Shown one piece after another: positions 27,929-41,280 of a stretch of DNA of 64,000 nt; position 1 is the first letter of the stretch; each line of letters opens with the position of its first letter. The notes under the pieces were generated by a model. It did no database searches, was not told where the DNA came from, and saw only the letters and a list, made by a program, of their open reading frames with translations. A program made the translations under genes and the position numbers. The stretch comes from Blasia pusilla (taxonomy: Eukaryota), in contig CM114271.1 in assembly GCA_050084515.1 (NCBI GenBank), positions 22,692,001 to 22,756,000 on the forward strand. Reading direction: 5' to 3'.

Positions 27929-28829
27929 TAGATGAGACATAGGACGAGATAGTATTAAGGCTTTAGAGGGGTCTTGTACTTCTCTATTTTGAGGGGTCAT
28001 ATACGGCCTGCTCTCAAGAGATGACCTACGAGTGTAGATGACCCTTCCCTATATAAGGAGTGACAACCTTGGAGAGGTCGATCGTCTCATCCTTTGTGTG
28101 GAGCCATTTGAGCCTATAGGATTCAAGGGTTCGTTGGAAATTGACTAGTAGTTGGTCTTGTAAGAGGACCATATGTATAGTTGGAAGGAAGTTAATACCT
28201 TGTGTACTCATGCAGGCTTGAGATGTATGTTGTGTGGGTCTACCACGGGATCAACCACGATGCTAGTGTGTGAACTCTCATGCAAGAGACAGCGTCAAAC
28301 ACAACATCTGCCATCCTCAATAACACTTTTAAGGACGTTGGCTTTGTCCTAAATATGCATAGGTGTAATAGATAGATTAGAAGATGACTCTTGATGTTAT
28401 GAATATAGGAAGGTGACTAATGATGGGATGACATTGCATCCAACCTCCTGATCTTAACACCAAAAATGTGCATAACCTTTATACTCGTTTTGTAGGCTAT
28501 CTAGAATTAAAGGGATCTAACCACTACCTAGGGGGAGGATTGAGGTTGTTTAGTCATTCATGTGTAGATGTGATAGGATTCATGGTTAGATTGATCTCAG
28601 AGTTGTGTGCATGATGATTGATATATGTTGGCAACGATGTCTATTCGTACGACAATTGTTATGGTAGATGAGACATAGGGTAAGATAGTATCAAGGCCTT
28701 AGACGGGTTTTGTACTTCTCTATTTGAGAGGTCATAGATGATCTGATCTCAATAGGTGACGTATTGGTGTAGGTCACCCTTCTCTTTATGAAGAGTGACA
28801 ACCTTGGAGAGGTTGACCCTCTTATCCTT
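27929..28829 (+). repeat. Diverged ~165-bp direct repeat pair (27929-28094 and 28665-28829), LTR-like
   Basis: TAGATGAGACATAGG...GAGTGACAACCTTGGAGAGGT...ATCCTT occurs twice, 736 bp apart. Each copy is preceded by TGT 8 bp upstream, and the first contains CCTATATAAGG. Confidence 0.7.
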
Positions 28830-30607
28830 ACTATTAAATTTTTTTTTTACTCTTTTGAGAATTATTCTAATATTCCAATTCCACCAAGAAAAAGAGATAT
28901 CTCATCATTCTATGACAAGGTTTCACTTAAATTTTTTTTTATTTTCTCCATAGTAAGTAATCTTCATTCTTTCTATTTTTATTTAGATGAAACAATTCAG
29001 TATTCCATTCATATGTAGTCACATGCAACTTTATGATTCATTTCCTTTCATATCCATTGGAGATGATTTTAGTAAGGATGCTTGTGGAATGTATTTATTG
29101 ATCTTCCTAGATAGTTTTCCGTTCTCAAAACAATTTAGACATTTTTATTCAAGAAGGAGATTTCATTTAAAATACTCATATCTATATAAAAGGCAAGAGG
29201 CACCTTATCATTCCATCATGAGGCTTCCCTTCTTTTAAAATATTCTTCTCGTAATCCCCTTCTTTCACTTTTAAGTAAATGCGTTTACTTAATATTCCAA
29301 TCCTACATAGCAAAATAGCCATATATAACTTTGTGATTGTGATTCTTGTTCTTTCATTTCCATAAGAGGTAGTTTGACACTTCATATTTCCCTTTAGGAA
29401 TTTTTATAGAAAAGGCTTTCTTTACATAATAACCCCTTTTTCCTATATTATAAGTATGGATGACACTTTACCTTTTCTCTTTCAAACAAGCTTCATCCCA
29501 TTTAGAAAATTTTTCCTCACTTAAAAATCCCCTTGTTCCTCAAAGAATCAGATAGATGTTATACTAACGATAAATTCAAATAAGTTAAAGATTAGTCTTT
29601 AGAGGAAAGATGGAAGTAAATTAAGTTAAATGAGCTTAACTCTATATTCTATATGGCCCATTCTTAATTTTTTATTAAGCGTGGTAGGATTTTTATTCCC
29701 TATTCATATAAATTTTGTAATAACTAATATTTTATTGTAAAAGTAGCACCCAAAATATTTTATTGCATAGAACTTGAAAATTTCTATTTTTTTTTCATAA
29801 AATCTCATGATAAAAAGAAGGGTAGGAGGAGGGTTAGTTGTAGAATATGGGACCATTTGCGGGGAAAAATTGCAACAAAAGTCTATGTATAGACAACTCA
29901 TCCATAGAATAGACTTGTCACTTGAGTGTACGGATTGGGCCTTGAAATAAAAGAAGAGCATCAAGTTAAGTTAACATCCAACATATTGTGCTAGGTTGTT
30001 GTTTTCTCAGCTCTAAGGCATTGAAAATTATGTAGCACTTACTTGGTACACATCACAGACCATAAAACTAAAAAACTCTTAGATGCCATGAGTATCATCT
30101 CCAACATAATCTCTAAACGACTTGGCATTATTTTTCAAGTGCAACATGATTGGGTAGTAGAAGCTAGTATGAAGAGGAATGAAATATAAAATATAGCAAC
30201 GTCATATTCAAATTTTTGGTGACTTACCTTGCTTCATATTTCTCTTTTACAACACTCTAAACTTAAGACAATGTGAATTGTGCCTCCCTAATTGCAGTCG
30301 TCACCTTCCAACTGAAGGAACACCAACCATTTTGCAGACCAACTGATCGAAGGGTACGCAATCCAACCGTCACAACAACTACGTACACGTTGGGTCGCTA
30401 CAATGTCAATCAACTAGGTCCTCTCAAAAAGGAGAGATATTACTAAATTATGGGAAATAAAAAAATCAGAGGCGCCCAAGGTGATCCTTACATAGTTTGA
30501 AGTTTCAGAGCCGTTGGCTCCCAACCATTGGGCCAACAACAACGGTGGTTTTTGACGATTAATAGTAATGGTGGATCGTTATGGCGCGTTCTGTGTGTGG
30601 GCCATGT

Positions 30608-31643
30608 GCAACCCATTGGATTCCAACTAGTGACCCTTAGACCTGCGTGCATCCCAAACTCTCTACCTCTGAGAACCCATCAGAATCTTATGTGTTGAGC
30701 CACCACTACTCGAGGCAAGTGTACCCTTAGCCAAGCCCCATATTCCTTTATAAGAGCTCAAAGCAACCTATTGGAATCTGATGAGTTGGCCCAACACCAC
30801 CTCTAAGCCACACTCTCCTCAAACTTGCAACCTAGAGACACTCAACTCTTGGCCAACTATAACCCATCGAAATGTGACGGGTTGACCAAACACCACCCCA
30901 CGCCATCCTACCCTTAACCATGCCCCAGATGCCCTAACACAAGGTCAATGCAACCTATCGGGTTAACAGACTCCCTGACCACTCTTCCCTCATCTATGTC
31001 TTAGAGACGTCCAACTCTTGACCAATTGCAACTTGTCACAATCTAACGAGTTGACAGATTCCCATCCTTGGCCACTCCTCCCTCAGCTATGTCCTAAAGA
31101 CGATAAACTATCGGTCAATTGCAACTTGTCGGAATCCGATGGGTTGACCAACACTACCCCAAGCCACCTTACCCTTAACTCTACCTAGATGCCCTTACAT
31201 GAGCTCAAAGCAACCCATCGGAATCCAATGAGTTGGCCCAACATCACCTCTTATCCACACTACTCTCAACTGTCCAAACCAGCGAAGCCCAACTATCAGC
31301 CAATTGTAACTTGTTAGAATCCGACGGGTTGAACCAATATTACCCTCGACCACTCTTTGCTCAGATTTTCCTCAAATGCCCTAATATGAGCTTAAAGCCA
31401 CTTGTCCGAATCGGATGGATTGCCCCCATACCACACCTAAGCCAACCTATGCTAAACCATCCAACTTGGACAAGCCCAGCTATCGGCCAAAATGCAACTT
31501 GTCAGAATCCGACGGGTTGATCCAACACCATCCCTAGCAATCCATTGGAGTCAAACGGATTGCATTTCCTCCGTGACTCGCTATCATGCTTACTTCAAAT
31601 CTCCAAGGCCCCAGAGCAATCCGTTGGATTTTGACGGGTTACA
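30608..31643. repeat. Tandem array (~90-97 bp period) built on a 27-bp palindrome, consensus GCAACCCGTCGGAATCCGACGGGTTGC
   Basis: Diverged copies start near 30608, 30673, 30763, 30859, 30950, 31028, 31121, 31210, 31306, 31397, 31494, 31537 and 31616. Confidence 0.85.
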
Positions 31644-32399
31644 TGCATGATCATGAATTTTTTGAAGGAATATTCTAGATCCCTTGGTCCAATCAATTGG
31701 CACTCTTTCAACCTCACTATCAACTATGTGTCAAACCACTTTTTTCATGATAATTAAACATGTTCATTATAAAATAAACAATGTTCACTATAAATTAAAC
31801 ATTCTCATTCTCATTCCTTTGTGGTGGAATTAGCTCTTCTGTCATATCCAGATGGAAAATTTTGTGATACTCAAATGTGGCAGTCATCTATCGGCCCTTC
31901 CTCAATCAAAGAAAATTTGATCACAACCTGGCAATGTTTATGTAGTAGTTGTAGAAAATTTCTTGTTAGTCCAATTTCTTCTCCAAATTAGAACTATCTT
32001 TATTTCCAAGAATGTGAGGATGGATGGAACGCATGAGGTTATAGGTGAAACAGTCCAGATCGAGATTGGAGAGTAAAAAATATGGAATCTCTTACCATAT
32101 TCCAATGCAAAATACAAAATCTATGGCTTGCCTCTGAAGCCCACTATGTCTAATGTTGACAATCTTCAACCTACGTGTGCTTCGAGTTCCACATTTGCCA
32201 CCCCTACTTCTGCCGATCCAGCTTTGACTCCAAACTCACAAGTTTATGCAATGTGGTTCAAGATAAAGACATTCCGTATGTGTTCGAACTCATGAGATAT
32301 GTTGCAAACCGACCTGACCCATAATCTACATACACATTTCTACTTCAAGTTTCGAGGAATAGTTTGTTTTCATCTCTCCCCTTGAAAATTTTTAAGAAA

Positions 32400-34915
32400 A
32401 TTTGTGTGGATGAGTTGGTAGCCACTTATGATGGAAACTGTATTTTCGAGTTGCCTCCACTTGTTGGTCATGCTCAAAATAAAGATGGAGGATGCTTGAA
32501 GAATATGGACAAAAAATCCAACTGTTATCGATGACAAACTATAGCATATGAATGCTTCCGTCCCAAGTGATCTTTGGATTGTGTCTCATCGCTCATGCCT
32601 TGGAGCCTTGGAGTGTAGAAGTCTTGGCTACCCTTTCCTAGAATGAAATGGGGAAGTCAATACCTTTCAATTGCAATTCCCCCCCAAAATAGAGACTCTT
32701 TCGGCGGTCGATGTGACCATACCATCAAGTGGCCATCCATGTTCTCATTTTCAAGCCTCCACTTTTTACATTGAAGCATGTCTCGCTTACATTTTTCTTA
32801 TAGTGCACGACTCCACTTCTACATCCAATAACACGCGATATGTGTTCATGTTGGGTCTCACACTTATCATGCCGATGACTGATCGATGCCATTTAGAAAC
32901 ACATTAAGGAGGATATGGCCAACAAAGTGGCAAAGATCTTTAAAAATTTTATGGGATCTAAGCCCAAAGTCATCAAATTGACGATAATATCACAAATTTG
33001 CGATCAATTTCTTGGAATACATGGCCAAGGGGAGATCACAACAGTTGAGGAGAAACAACTCTAGGAGAATCTTACATTTCTTACTGATCTTGAATATTTT
33101 AGGAATTTTCTACGGCAAATACAAATACTTGATGGGAAGATCAAAAAGATGGATGCCATCTTCAGAATCAAAGCAAACTCTAGGTTTCCATTTATTCAGA
33201 GATGGAAATTTGTGGGCAAGGAGGCGAGACATCCACAGCCAATGTCTTAAAAATATCTAGTAGAGGGTCTTCTAGTGACCTTGATGAGGAAAGGAAAAGA
33301 TCTATTTGGATCCTGGGTTAGCTTTGATATTTTCTATAGGGTTTTGAATGAATGGTTAATCGTGGGTGCACACGTTTACGACCATATGGAGAAGGGACTC
33401 AAAACCATATTTTTTTGTGAGGTCAAGATAGAAGATGTTGGCAGCTTGAAGATGTGCTCATTACTTCTACTAGAGGTGGTGAAGGAAAACAAAAGGCCAT
33501 CCCCTGAATTTTTATGGGTTCACAGTGGAAATTGCACAACAAGGATGAGTTATTCTAGGGAGGTGAAGTTTAGTCGGAAAGGAAGAGGTCTGATGCTTTC
33601 CATTGGCAACAGTCCGTGACTTGCTACACAAAATCTTGCATCAAGGAGAATAAGAGAACACAACATGTTGCTCTACTATAACGTTGCAATGAAAGCATAG
33701 GCTTGAATCAAGCTATGGAGTGCCAAGAACTTTTTAAAGTGTGGTGGAAGAAGCATGCAATTGAGGGAAATATAATGAATTGTGTTCTTGGTTAAGTTAG
33801 TGGACTCTTTGTATAAGGAAATGGGGAAACTTTGTACGGAAGGTGAGTAGAATATTTGTCTCTTTCCAGCTCATATGTATAACTGCTGGATTCCTGCTGG
33901 ATATGTATATATTTTTATTTTCAGCGAAAAAGCCAATGACTTTCTTGGAGCCTTGTCAATTTTTTCCATTTTTCGTGACATAGATTAAGGGGAAAAACCG
34001 TTGTTTCACCGAAGAAGCACCACTTATCTGTTCGTTCACCAAGTTAAGCACAAAAAAAAATCCAACAAGTTTCCATAAAAATTTGGTCAAAATATGATGT
34101 TGGTACGTGTTAAAATCTGACAGGTTGCACATATTTGAGTTTCACAACCCGTCAGAATTTGACAGGTTGCCTCTATTTTCAATCTACTGGATTCCTACCG
34201 GTTGCAAATCTTTGTGTTTTGCATCCTATCAGAATCTGACAGGTTGCCTCACTTTGCAATCTGTCTGAAATCTACGGATTGCAAGAAAATGTTGGTCAGA
34301 ATATGGTGTTGCAACTTGTTTGAATCCAAAAAATTGCAAATGTAAGCATTATACAATCCGTTGGATTTAGACTGGTTGCATGAGTTTTCAACTTGGCGGG
34401 TTTGGCAGCTTAGAAGATTTTTTTTTGGGCTTATGTTGCCACAACCCATCTGAAATGGACGAGTTGCAAATATTTTTGATCTCCAACAAGTCAGATTCAA
34501 ATTGGTTCCAACATATTTCAACTTGGTCGATTCCCATGGGTTGTAAGCCCCCTAATTTATGCATTTTTACATTATGTACTACTTCACTTATTCACTTAAA
34601 AAAATTTGCATGTGCAGGGATTCAATATTCAGGAATATGCCCTTTGCCCCAACACAAGTGGAGTTGAGAATGTCCATTCATCCTAGAGGTCATGATAATC
34701 ATGCCAAAGAATCTCCCTTATTGAGGCATACCAACAAGACTAGGCTAGAGCAATTTTGTAATCTATAACATCTCATATATTTCTCACAAAAGATATCACC
34801 AAGGGAATAGACCCTTTGATTTATGAGCTTTATGTTAGGGCCATTGTGAGATCATGCAATGAAAAAATGTGAGAAAATGTATGTGAAAACCTTCAAACGA
34901 GGCGGAGTCGGAACT
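32400..34915 (+). pseudogene. Decayed MULE-type transposase, 5' part (continues after the Copia insertion)
   Basis: CVDELVATYDGNCIFELPP (32403), HRSCLGALECR, and SWVSFDIFYRVLNEWLIVGAHVYD...FFCEVKIEDV (33275-33619). These resemble plant MULE transposases of the FDHVKRVxxWTTMACHVYD type. Many stops and frameshifts. Confidence 0.6.
34110..34545. repeat. Second, denser array of the same 27-bp palindrome (~35-55 bp spacing), probably intronic
   Basis: About 10 diverged copies, e.g. CAACCCGTCAGAATTTGACAGGTTG (~34145) and GCATCCTATCAGAATCTGACAGGTTGC (34221). A further copy lies at 40968. Confidence 0.8.
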
Positions 34916-37352
34916 CCTCTGATTGAAGATTGAGTTACAATCAAGCTTACGAGACACATGAACTGCTACCTTTTGTACTCACACAAAGTAGGGAAGCTTA
35001 ATCTTGGTTAGTCAGTTAAGCGCGATTATCTTAACTAGGGTTAGTTAATCATAATTAGTCTTACTTGAGACCATGGTTAAGATTAGGGTTAGGGTTGCTT
35101 GTACATAATCTATATAATTGAGAAGGGGACCATCCTCCACTCATTCTCTCATTGCAAAATTTGGTTCTCCATGGTGGTGCGTAAGTGTGAGCCGTTTCCC
35201 ACCAATTATGCTGCTTTAGCAATTTTCTACATGATATTAGAGTGATAGGAGAACATCACTTGAAATTATTGATGTTTGAGGAGAGAAGAGAGGCAAGAGA
35301 AGACACAATTTCAGTTTGGGAGAAGGAATTTTGTTTAGAGCTCAGTGGGTGCAAATTTCAGGTGGAGCTCTAACGGTGATAAAACTTTGGAGGCCGTTTT
35401 GATGGGTTTTCTCGGTCGATTTAGCCATTTGGATCTGCATTGATTAGATCAACGCCAAAGGCTGGTTCTAACCGTATTTTCAGCTTATTGAGAGCTTTCC
35501 AAGGCATCCAAAATTGCTTGATTATGACATTGTGAGATCTTGCAGTAGCAATTTCAGTGTAGGAAAGGGCAATTAGTGAAGAAAAGTTGTGCAATTTGCT
35601 CTCTACATGCCAATTTCAACTAGTTCTTTCATACAGTTGATCAATTTTGGCAAATTTCAAATAAATTTTTTTGCAAGAGTGGTCTATACTTCAATTGGAG
35701 CAATGGAGAGCATGAAATTTTATTTTTGTAAGTGAAATTATATGTCAAAGAGTATTTTTCAACAAAAATCACAAGTGAGAAGCTAGATAAGTAAAATTAT
35801 AATGTCTGGAAGTTTCGCATAAAATAATTTCTTATGGATCAAGAACTATGGGAGCTTGTCATAGGTGATGAGGCCAAGCCAGAAGGTGACTCAACAAACT
35901 TGAATGTTCGCGCTTGGAACATATGCGCAACACAATTAATCCACTACATTTCAATAATGATCAGTTTGCCAATGATAGGTCACATTCAAGATGTGAATAT
36001 CCCGAAGGAGGCGTGGGATGCATTGGAAAAGCTGTTTGAGACATCTATAAAGGCCAAAAAGCTTCAATTCAAAAGAAATTGAACAAAGTGAGGAAAGGAT
36101 TGCAAAGTATAAATAATTAGATTTTGAATATCGGACATATTTTTGATCAGTTGAATAGCATTGGAGTGATAGTAGAAGATGATGATATGATTTTGTTCAC
36201 TCTTTAAGGTCTTCCAAAGGATTACAAGTTCTTTGAGACCTCTATCTCAGCGAGAGAGAAATATCCAATCTTTCAAGAGGTAGTCCCACTGTTAATCGAT
36301 GAAGAGATGCGCCTAGTAGGCAGTGGTAGCTCGTCTAGTCTACAAGAGAGTACGCTATTTGCAGGTTATGGATCAAATAGAGGGAGAGGTCGTGATAGAA
36401 GCTTCCGTGGTCGTGATGGATATCAAACATATGGAGGAAGAGACACTTAATATAATGTCACTTAATATAATATCACGCAATCAACTACGAATGAGTACAA
36501 GACACAATCACAAGGTGATGATGGTGGAAACCATTGGGATCGAGGTCACCAATAGAGGGTCCCTGGATCTTGTAATTATTGTGAGATAAAGGGTCACTAT
36601 GCAAAGTTTTGCTTCAAGAAGAAGGCACATATGAGAACACAAGCCTTACAACAACAAAATTATATGGAGCAACAACACCAAGGGCACTACTAAGAACAAA
36701 AACATTCACAAATTGAGCATCTCTTGGTCATGACTCATCATATGGAAGCAATGGTAAAGAAAGACTCGACAACAGATTGGTACATTGACTCTAGTGCATC
36801 AAATCACACGACCTCACAAGCTAAATGGTTTAGTAGTATGGAGCCAGTGAAAGATCCTGCAATTGTGCCCAGAGGAGATGACACTCAACATCATATTACG
36901 CATATCGGTAAAGTTCCAATAGCATCAGATGGTCTTTGTGCTCTTGAAAATTTTCTCTATGTTCCTACCATTGCAAGAAACTTGATCTCTGTAGGACAGA
37001 TAATAGAATAAGATTATCAAGTGAAGTTTAACACGGATGGTTGTTTCATTGAAACAATGGATGATCAGACTACGATAGCCGAATGAATTAGATCTGGAAG
37101 AATGTTCAAATTAGATGTTTCTATGCCAGAGATTCAAACAACAATGTATGGTCAAACTGACCAACAAGTCACAGATCTAAATGTGTGGCATAAGAGAATT
37201 GGACATATAAATCTTCAAAGATTATAGAGTCTTTCATCATCTAATCTAGAAATAGGATTTCCTAAATTAGCGAGTTCGGCTACGTTAAAGGCATGTCCTA
37301 CTTGCCAATTTAGAAAACAAGCTAGATTTCCTTTTCCAAATCAAGATAGAAG

Positions 37353-38990
37353 CACTAGAAGGAATAGTGTTATTAAAGACTGGAATTTACAACCAATTTC
37401 AGTCGTTACGGATTGTTTATAACTCGTGACTAGAGTCTATAACTAGAGAATTTTATTGTCAAAGGACCCGGTGTATTGGATAGCTAGTTACACCTTGCCA
37501 CATGAGCAATCCTACGTGGCTTTTTTTGGTGTTGCTAACGTGGATCATTTGACACTAGGACTAAACCATGTCAGCTATGATGTGGCATATGACGTGGTAA
37601 ATAATGTCAAGCATGTGAGTTATTACACGTAGATATTTAGTTTTATATAAGTCGTAATGGAAATTTTCATGATACTTACTTTAGTGCAACCTTGGTTTAA
37701 ATTAAGAGTTTTCATGATTTTATTTGTTCATGGAGTAGTTTTATTTTTTTATGGTACTCAACCTAGTGAATATATTATTCTCTCAGTAACATACTACTAT
37801 CTTTGTTATGTTGATTTAGTCTTAAATTTGCACATGTGCTCTTAAATTTGCACATGGTGATGTAACCTTATTACGTGGCAACTTACTTGCTTTAAAGATT
37901 TGGCATAGTTGTATTATATGACACATGGATTATCCTCGAAAACATACTAACAATGTAGTATTAATATTAGTTTTTTTATAACTAGTTTTAGTGACAATGA
38001 GAGTGGGTTTAGTTGTTTCGATTCTAGTTTGAGACTAGGTTTTATTTCAATTGTAGCACTAATGGTAGTTCTCTAAAAAACTAAAAAGGTTTTTCATATG
38101 GCATCATGTGCTCGAAAAGTCATTTCTTGCACTCTCACTTGCATATTTCATTGTCAAAGTTCTACATGATGCAATTATCCCTACTTCAATTAATATAAAG
38201 TCATTGTCTAACCTACAAAGTGTGAAATCTGCAATTAATAATTTTACAGACCAAACATTGAACATTCCTCACACAATAGGGCATGTTCAGCACCAAGAGT
38301 CATAAGAGAGGCCAAAATATACTCAATTTTTAATTGGAAAGAATTCTAATTGCTCATATGATTCAAACATTGAAGAAAACTATTAGAAACTAACAACATT
38401 TCTGGTTGACAATCTCCATATAGTCTTGGAATCTATACATAATGAATGTTCAAAATAAAAATCAATTCTCATTACAAAATTGAATTATAATCAGAGTAGA
38501 GAATATCTAAAAAATTCTAACTCCATCGAGATGGTAATAAAATCCTCAAAAATCTCTATATAGAGTGTTAGACTTATATTGGAAATAACATAGCAAATGA
38601 GTGCTGACATAACAACAATCCTGAAGTAGTTAAAACCAGCATTCAAAATTATGTCGGTGCATCGTCATATGCTAATCCCGACTACAAGATTATGGTAAAG
38701 TAGGAAGAATTTTCCTTACACTTTTCTCAAGCAAGAGAACAGAAGTATTTAGAGCATGTTTCAATTTTGTTTGTGGTGGATCATCTTGAAGGTTTGGATA
38801 TGGCAAATCTGCCTCTTCATCATTCACAATCAAAATATCAACCTTGAGAAGCCCTAAAGGGATCAACTTATCGTGGAATTTATCTCGACCAAAAATCCCT
38901 GATACCTTGCCTAATCCCACATGAAACCATCCTTTTCAATGACCACATAAGAAGACCTGGTCGCCTACCTTGAACTGTACAAGAAAAAAA
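37353..38990 (-). mobile_element. Truncated CACTA (En/Spm) element nested in Copia copy 2
   Basis: Copia homology stops exactly at CACTAGAAGGAATAG (37353). Minus-strand exon ~38690-38975 reads FKVGDQVFLCGH*KGWFHVGLGKVSG...FHDKLIPLG...KVDILIVNDEEADLPYPNLQDDPPQTKL, which resembles the Tnp1/En/Spm-like (TnpA-type) C-terminal domain. No second terminus found. Confidence 0.65.
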
Positions 38991-39707
38991 AAAGAATGAT
39001 GGAAATTTCACCAAAAATCAACTATCCATATATCTACCAACTTGGAGAGCTTCTGACCTTCTTGAAGCTCCATCCATTCGAGGGAATGCTGGATGAGTAT
39101 TTTAAAATTGAAAGATCCATAGAGCTCTATAAGCCGAAGTCATGTGAAGTTTTCATTAAATTTCATATGTAGTGAAGAGAATATAGACAAGTAGAAGACT
39201 AACAAGTATTTCGATAGTGAGATCTCAAACCAGCAAAAATATAAAGTGGTAGAATTAAGGGCAGTGTGGGGATTGGCCCAAAGCAGCCTCGGAGTAAGCA
39301 TATACTCCAGGAATTCAGGACCAAGATATGAGATGCATTTGAATAGTCGCATTTGATGCAATTCTGGCCAAGATGTCGTATTCATCAGTATTCATCAGCA
39401 TTCGATGTAATTTTCTCATTAAACTAATTCCTTTAAATCCGATTTAGAATCTCTTGTTTGAGTCTCTAAAAGCCGCACAATTTTACCCATTCCTCGAATT
39501 CTGAGAAGCTGGAGTTGTACATTTGCTGACCTTTTTTTCACGGCCGTGAGGTCTGGGGCACGTGAACCAACCCATCTCGTTGATAGAATCCATATATATT
39601 GTGATGTCATAGCAAGAGCTGCCTATAAACCTGTCTAAAATTAGAGCTATAGTGTAGTCTCAGCTCCATGGGATGCACATTCTTCCTATCTCAGATATCA
39701 TGGTGAT

Positions 39708-39711
<4 letters not shown>

Positions 39712-39774
<63 letters not shown>
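39712..39774. repeat. (TC)n microsatellite, ~31 units, at the point where Copia sequence resumes
   Basis: TC run directly abutting AAGTTTGAGATGTTTAG, which matches copy 1 at ~4771. Confidence 0.95.
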
Positions 39775-39775
<1 letters not shown>

Positions 39776-40151
39776 AGTTTGAGATGTTTAGAAAAGATTT
39801 AGGCGTTACAAATATCGATATGAGTTGGTGGGAGAGTATTGAAGATTGAGTTACAGTCAAGCTCATGAGACATCTGAACTGCTACATTTGGTACTCACAC
39901 AAAGTAGGAAGCTTAATCTTGGTTAGTCAATTAAACGCGATTATCTTAACTAAGGTTAGTTAATCACGGTTAGTCTAACTTGAGACTATGGTTAAGATTA
40001 GGGTTAGGTTTGCTTGTACATATCCTATATAATTGAGAAGGGGATCATCCTCCACTCATTCTCTCATTGCAAAATTTTGTTCTCCATGATGGTGTGTGAG
40101 TGTGAGCTGTTTTCCACAAATTATGCTTCTTTAGCAATTTTCTATACCTCT

Positions 40152-40784
40152 CTCTCGAGAAGTTCACATTGGTGGGGATATTTGTGGGCGTGTTTCAAGA
40201 CGTTCCATTCAAATGATGGTAGAGCAGTCCGAGAGAGACTCTTGGAGATCAGATAAGTACCTTGATTTCAGAAAAGTCAAGTGTAAACATCGAGGAGCCA
40301 ATCCGGTGATTGATCTATATGATGGAATCACCCTACCCAGGTCTTCGGAAACACTAGATAACTCTCAAATTTGAGTTGGAGTATCTTCTTTCCAAATCTC
40401 AGAAATAGAGTGAAGAGAAATAGAATGTGTAGGCCATTGGTGTAGAGGGCAAAGAAAATCGTATTAGCTTGGGAGGCTAGCATGGAAGTTATTGCCACAA
40501 AAGATGTGCATAGTGGGAATGAAATAGGAAAAATATATTGGGTCAGGAATAACAATGTGAATTCCACTCTTTTTGGGTGTATGTTGTACACATCTGTTGC
40601 TTTCCCACATGGTTGTTTGATGACTTTGTCGAAAGAGAGACAAGTGGGAAAAAGGTACTTCCCTTGTAAGCACATGTATTATGTTTTGCTCCTAGCTTTA
40701 AGAAATTTGGAGCTAAGAGTAGGAATCTACCAAGCAATTTTTTCCTTGAAAGAAGTGCGAAGTATCCTAAACAAGCTTTTATGA
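40152..40784 (+). pseudogene. 3' part of the interrupted MULE transposase (decayed SWIM zinc finger)
   Basis: GKRYFPCKHMYYVL in ORF 40482..40784. It lies immediately right of the Copia TSD and is followed by the same palindrome motif at 40968. Confidence 0.6.
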
Positions 40785-41280
40785 GGATGCAACATCAGGT
40801 TTGAGAATGTAGTTTGGAAATGCCAAACTGTTCATTGTGAACTTGAACTTTCTTCATTGTTCTTTGGGAAAAAGTTAATTGCTCCATATTTATGCTTGCA
40901 ATGAATTTTCCAATTTTGTAACTATGTATTGAGTGATGATTGGATACATGAATGTTTCATGTATGACGCAACTTGTCGGATTTAGGTGAGTTGCCATAGT
41001 GGGGAAGAGGAACTTTTTGTGTGTGGAAGGAGTGACTAAGAAAAAAGAACATAAATATAAAATATGAAGAGAAAATTTCCTCCCTCTCTTCAACCCATAA
41101 GAAACTCTTTTCAAATCACAAGAAAGTCTAAAAAAATACTAATCTCTTTAGGTTGATAATAGTTTCCTCTCTCCTCTCTTCCTCTCCTCTTACCGCTCCT
41201 CATTCATGAATAGGAGAATGGTTATAATTATAAACGTTAGCCACATAAGAAAATCCTACATGCTAAGCTTCCAAAACCAA

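Larger units (their letters stand above)
34921..40146 (+). mobile_element. Ty1/Copia copy 2 (same family as copy 1), internally deleted and interrupted, with 5-bp TSD CCTCT
   Basis: 5' LTR 34921-35231, decayed PBS TGATATTAGAG, gag-PR-preINT colinear with copy 1 to 37352, RNase H tail and PPT 39774-39836, 3' LTR 39837-40146. CCTCT lies at both 34916-34920 and 40147-40151. Confidence 0.93.

Noticed and set aside
30608-34545. CRISPR-like reading of the interspaced palindromes
   Set aside because: The repeats are highly diverged, the linkers in the first array are homologous to each other, linker lengths in the second are irregular, there are no cas genes, and the context is a eukaryotic TE.
39645-39654. 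GCTATAGTG as the second CACTA terminus
   Set aside because: Its reverse complement matches 37353 only over CACTA, and Copia sequence does not resume there.
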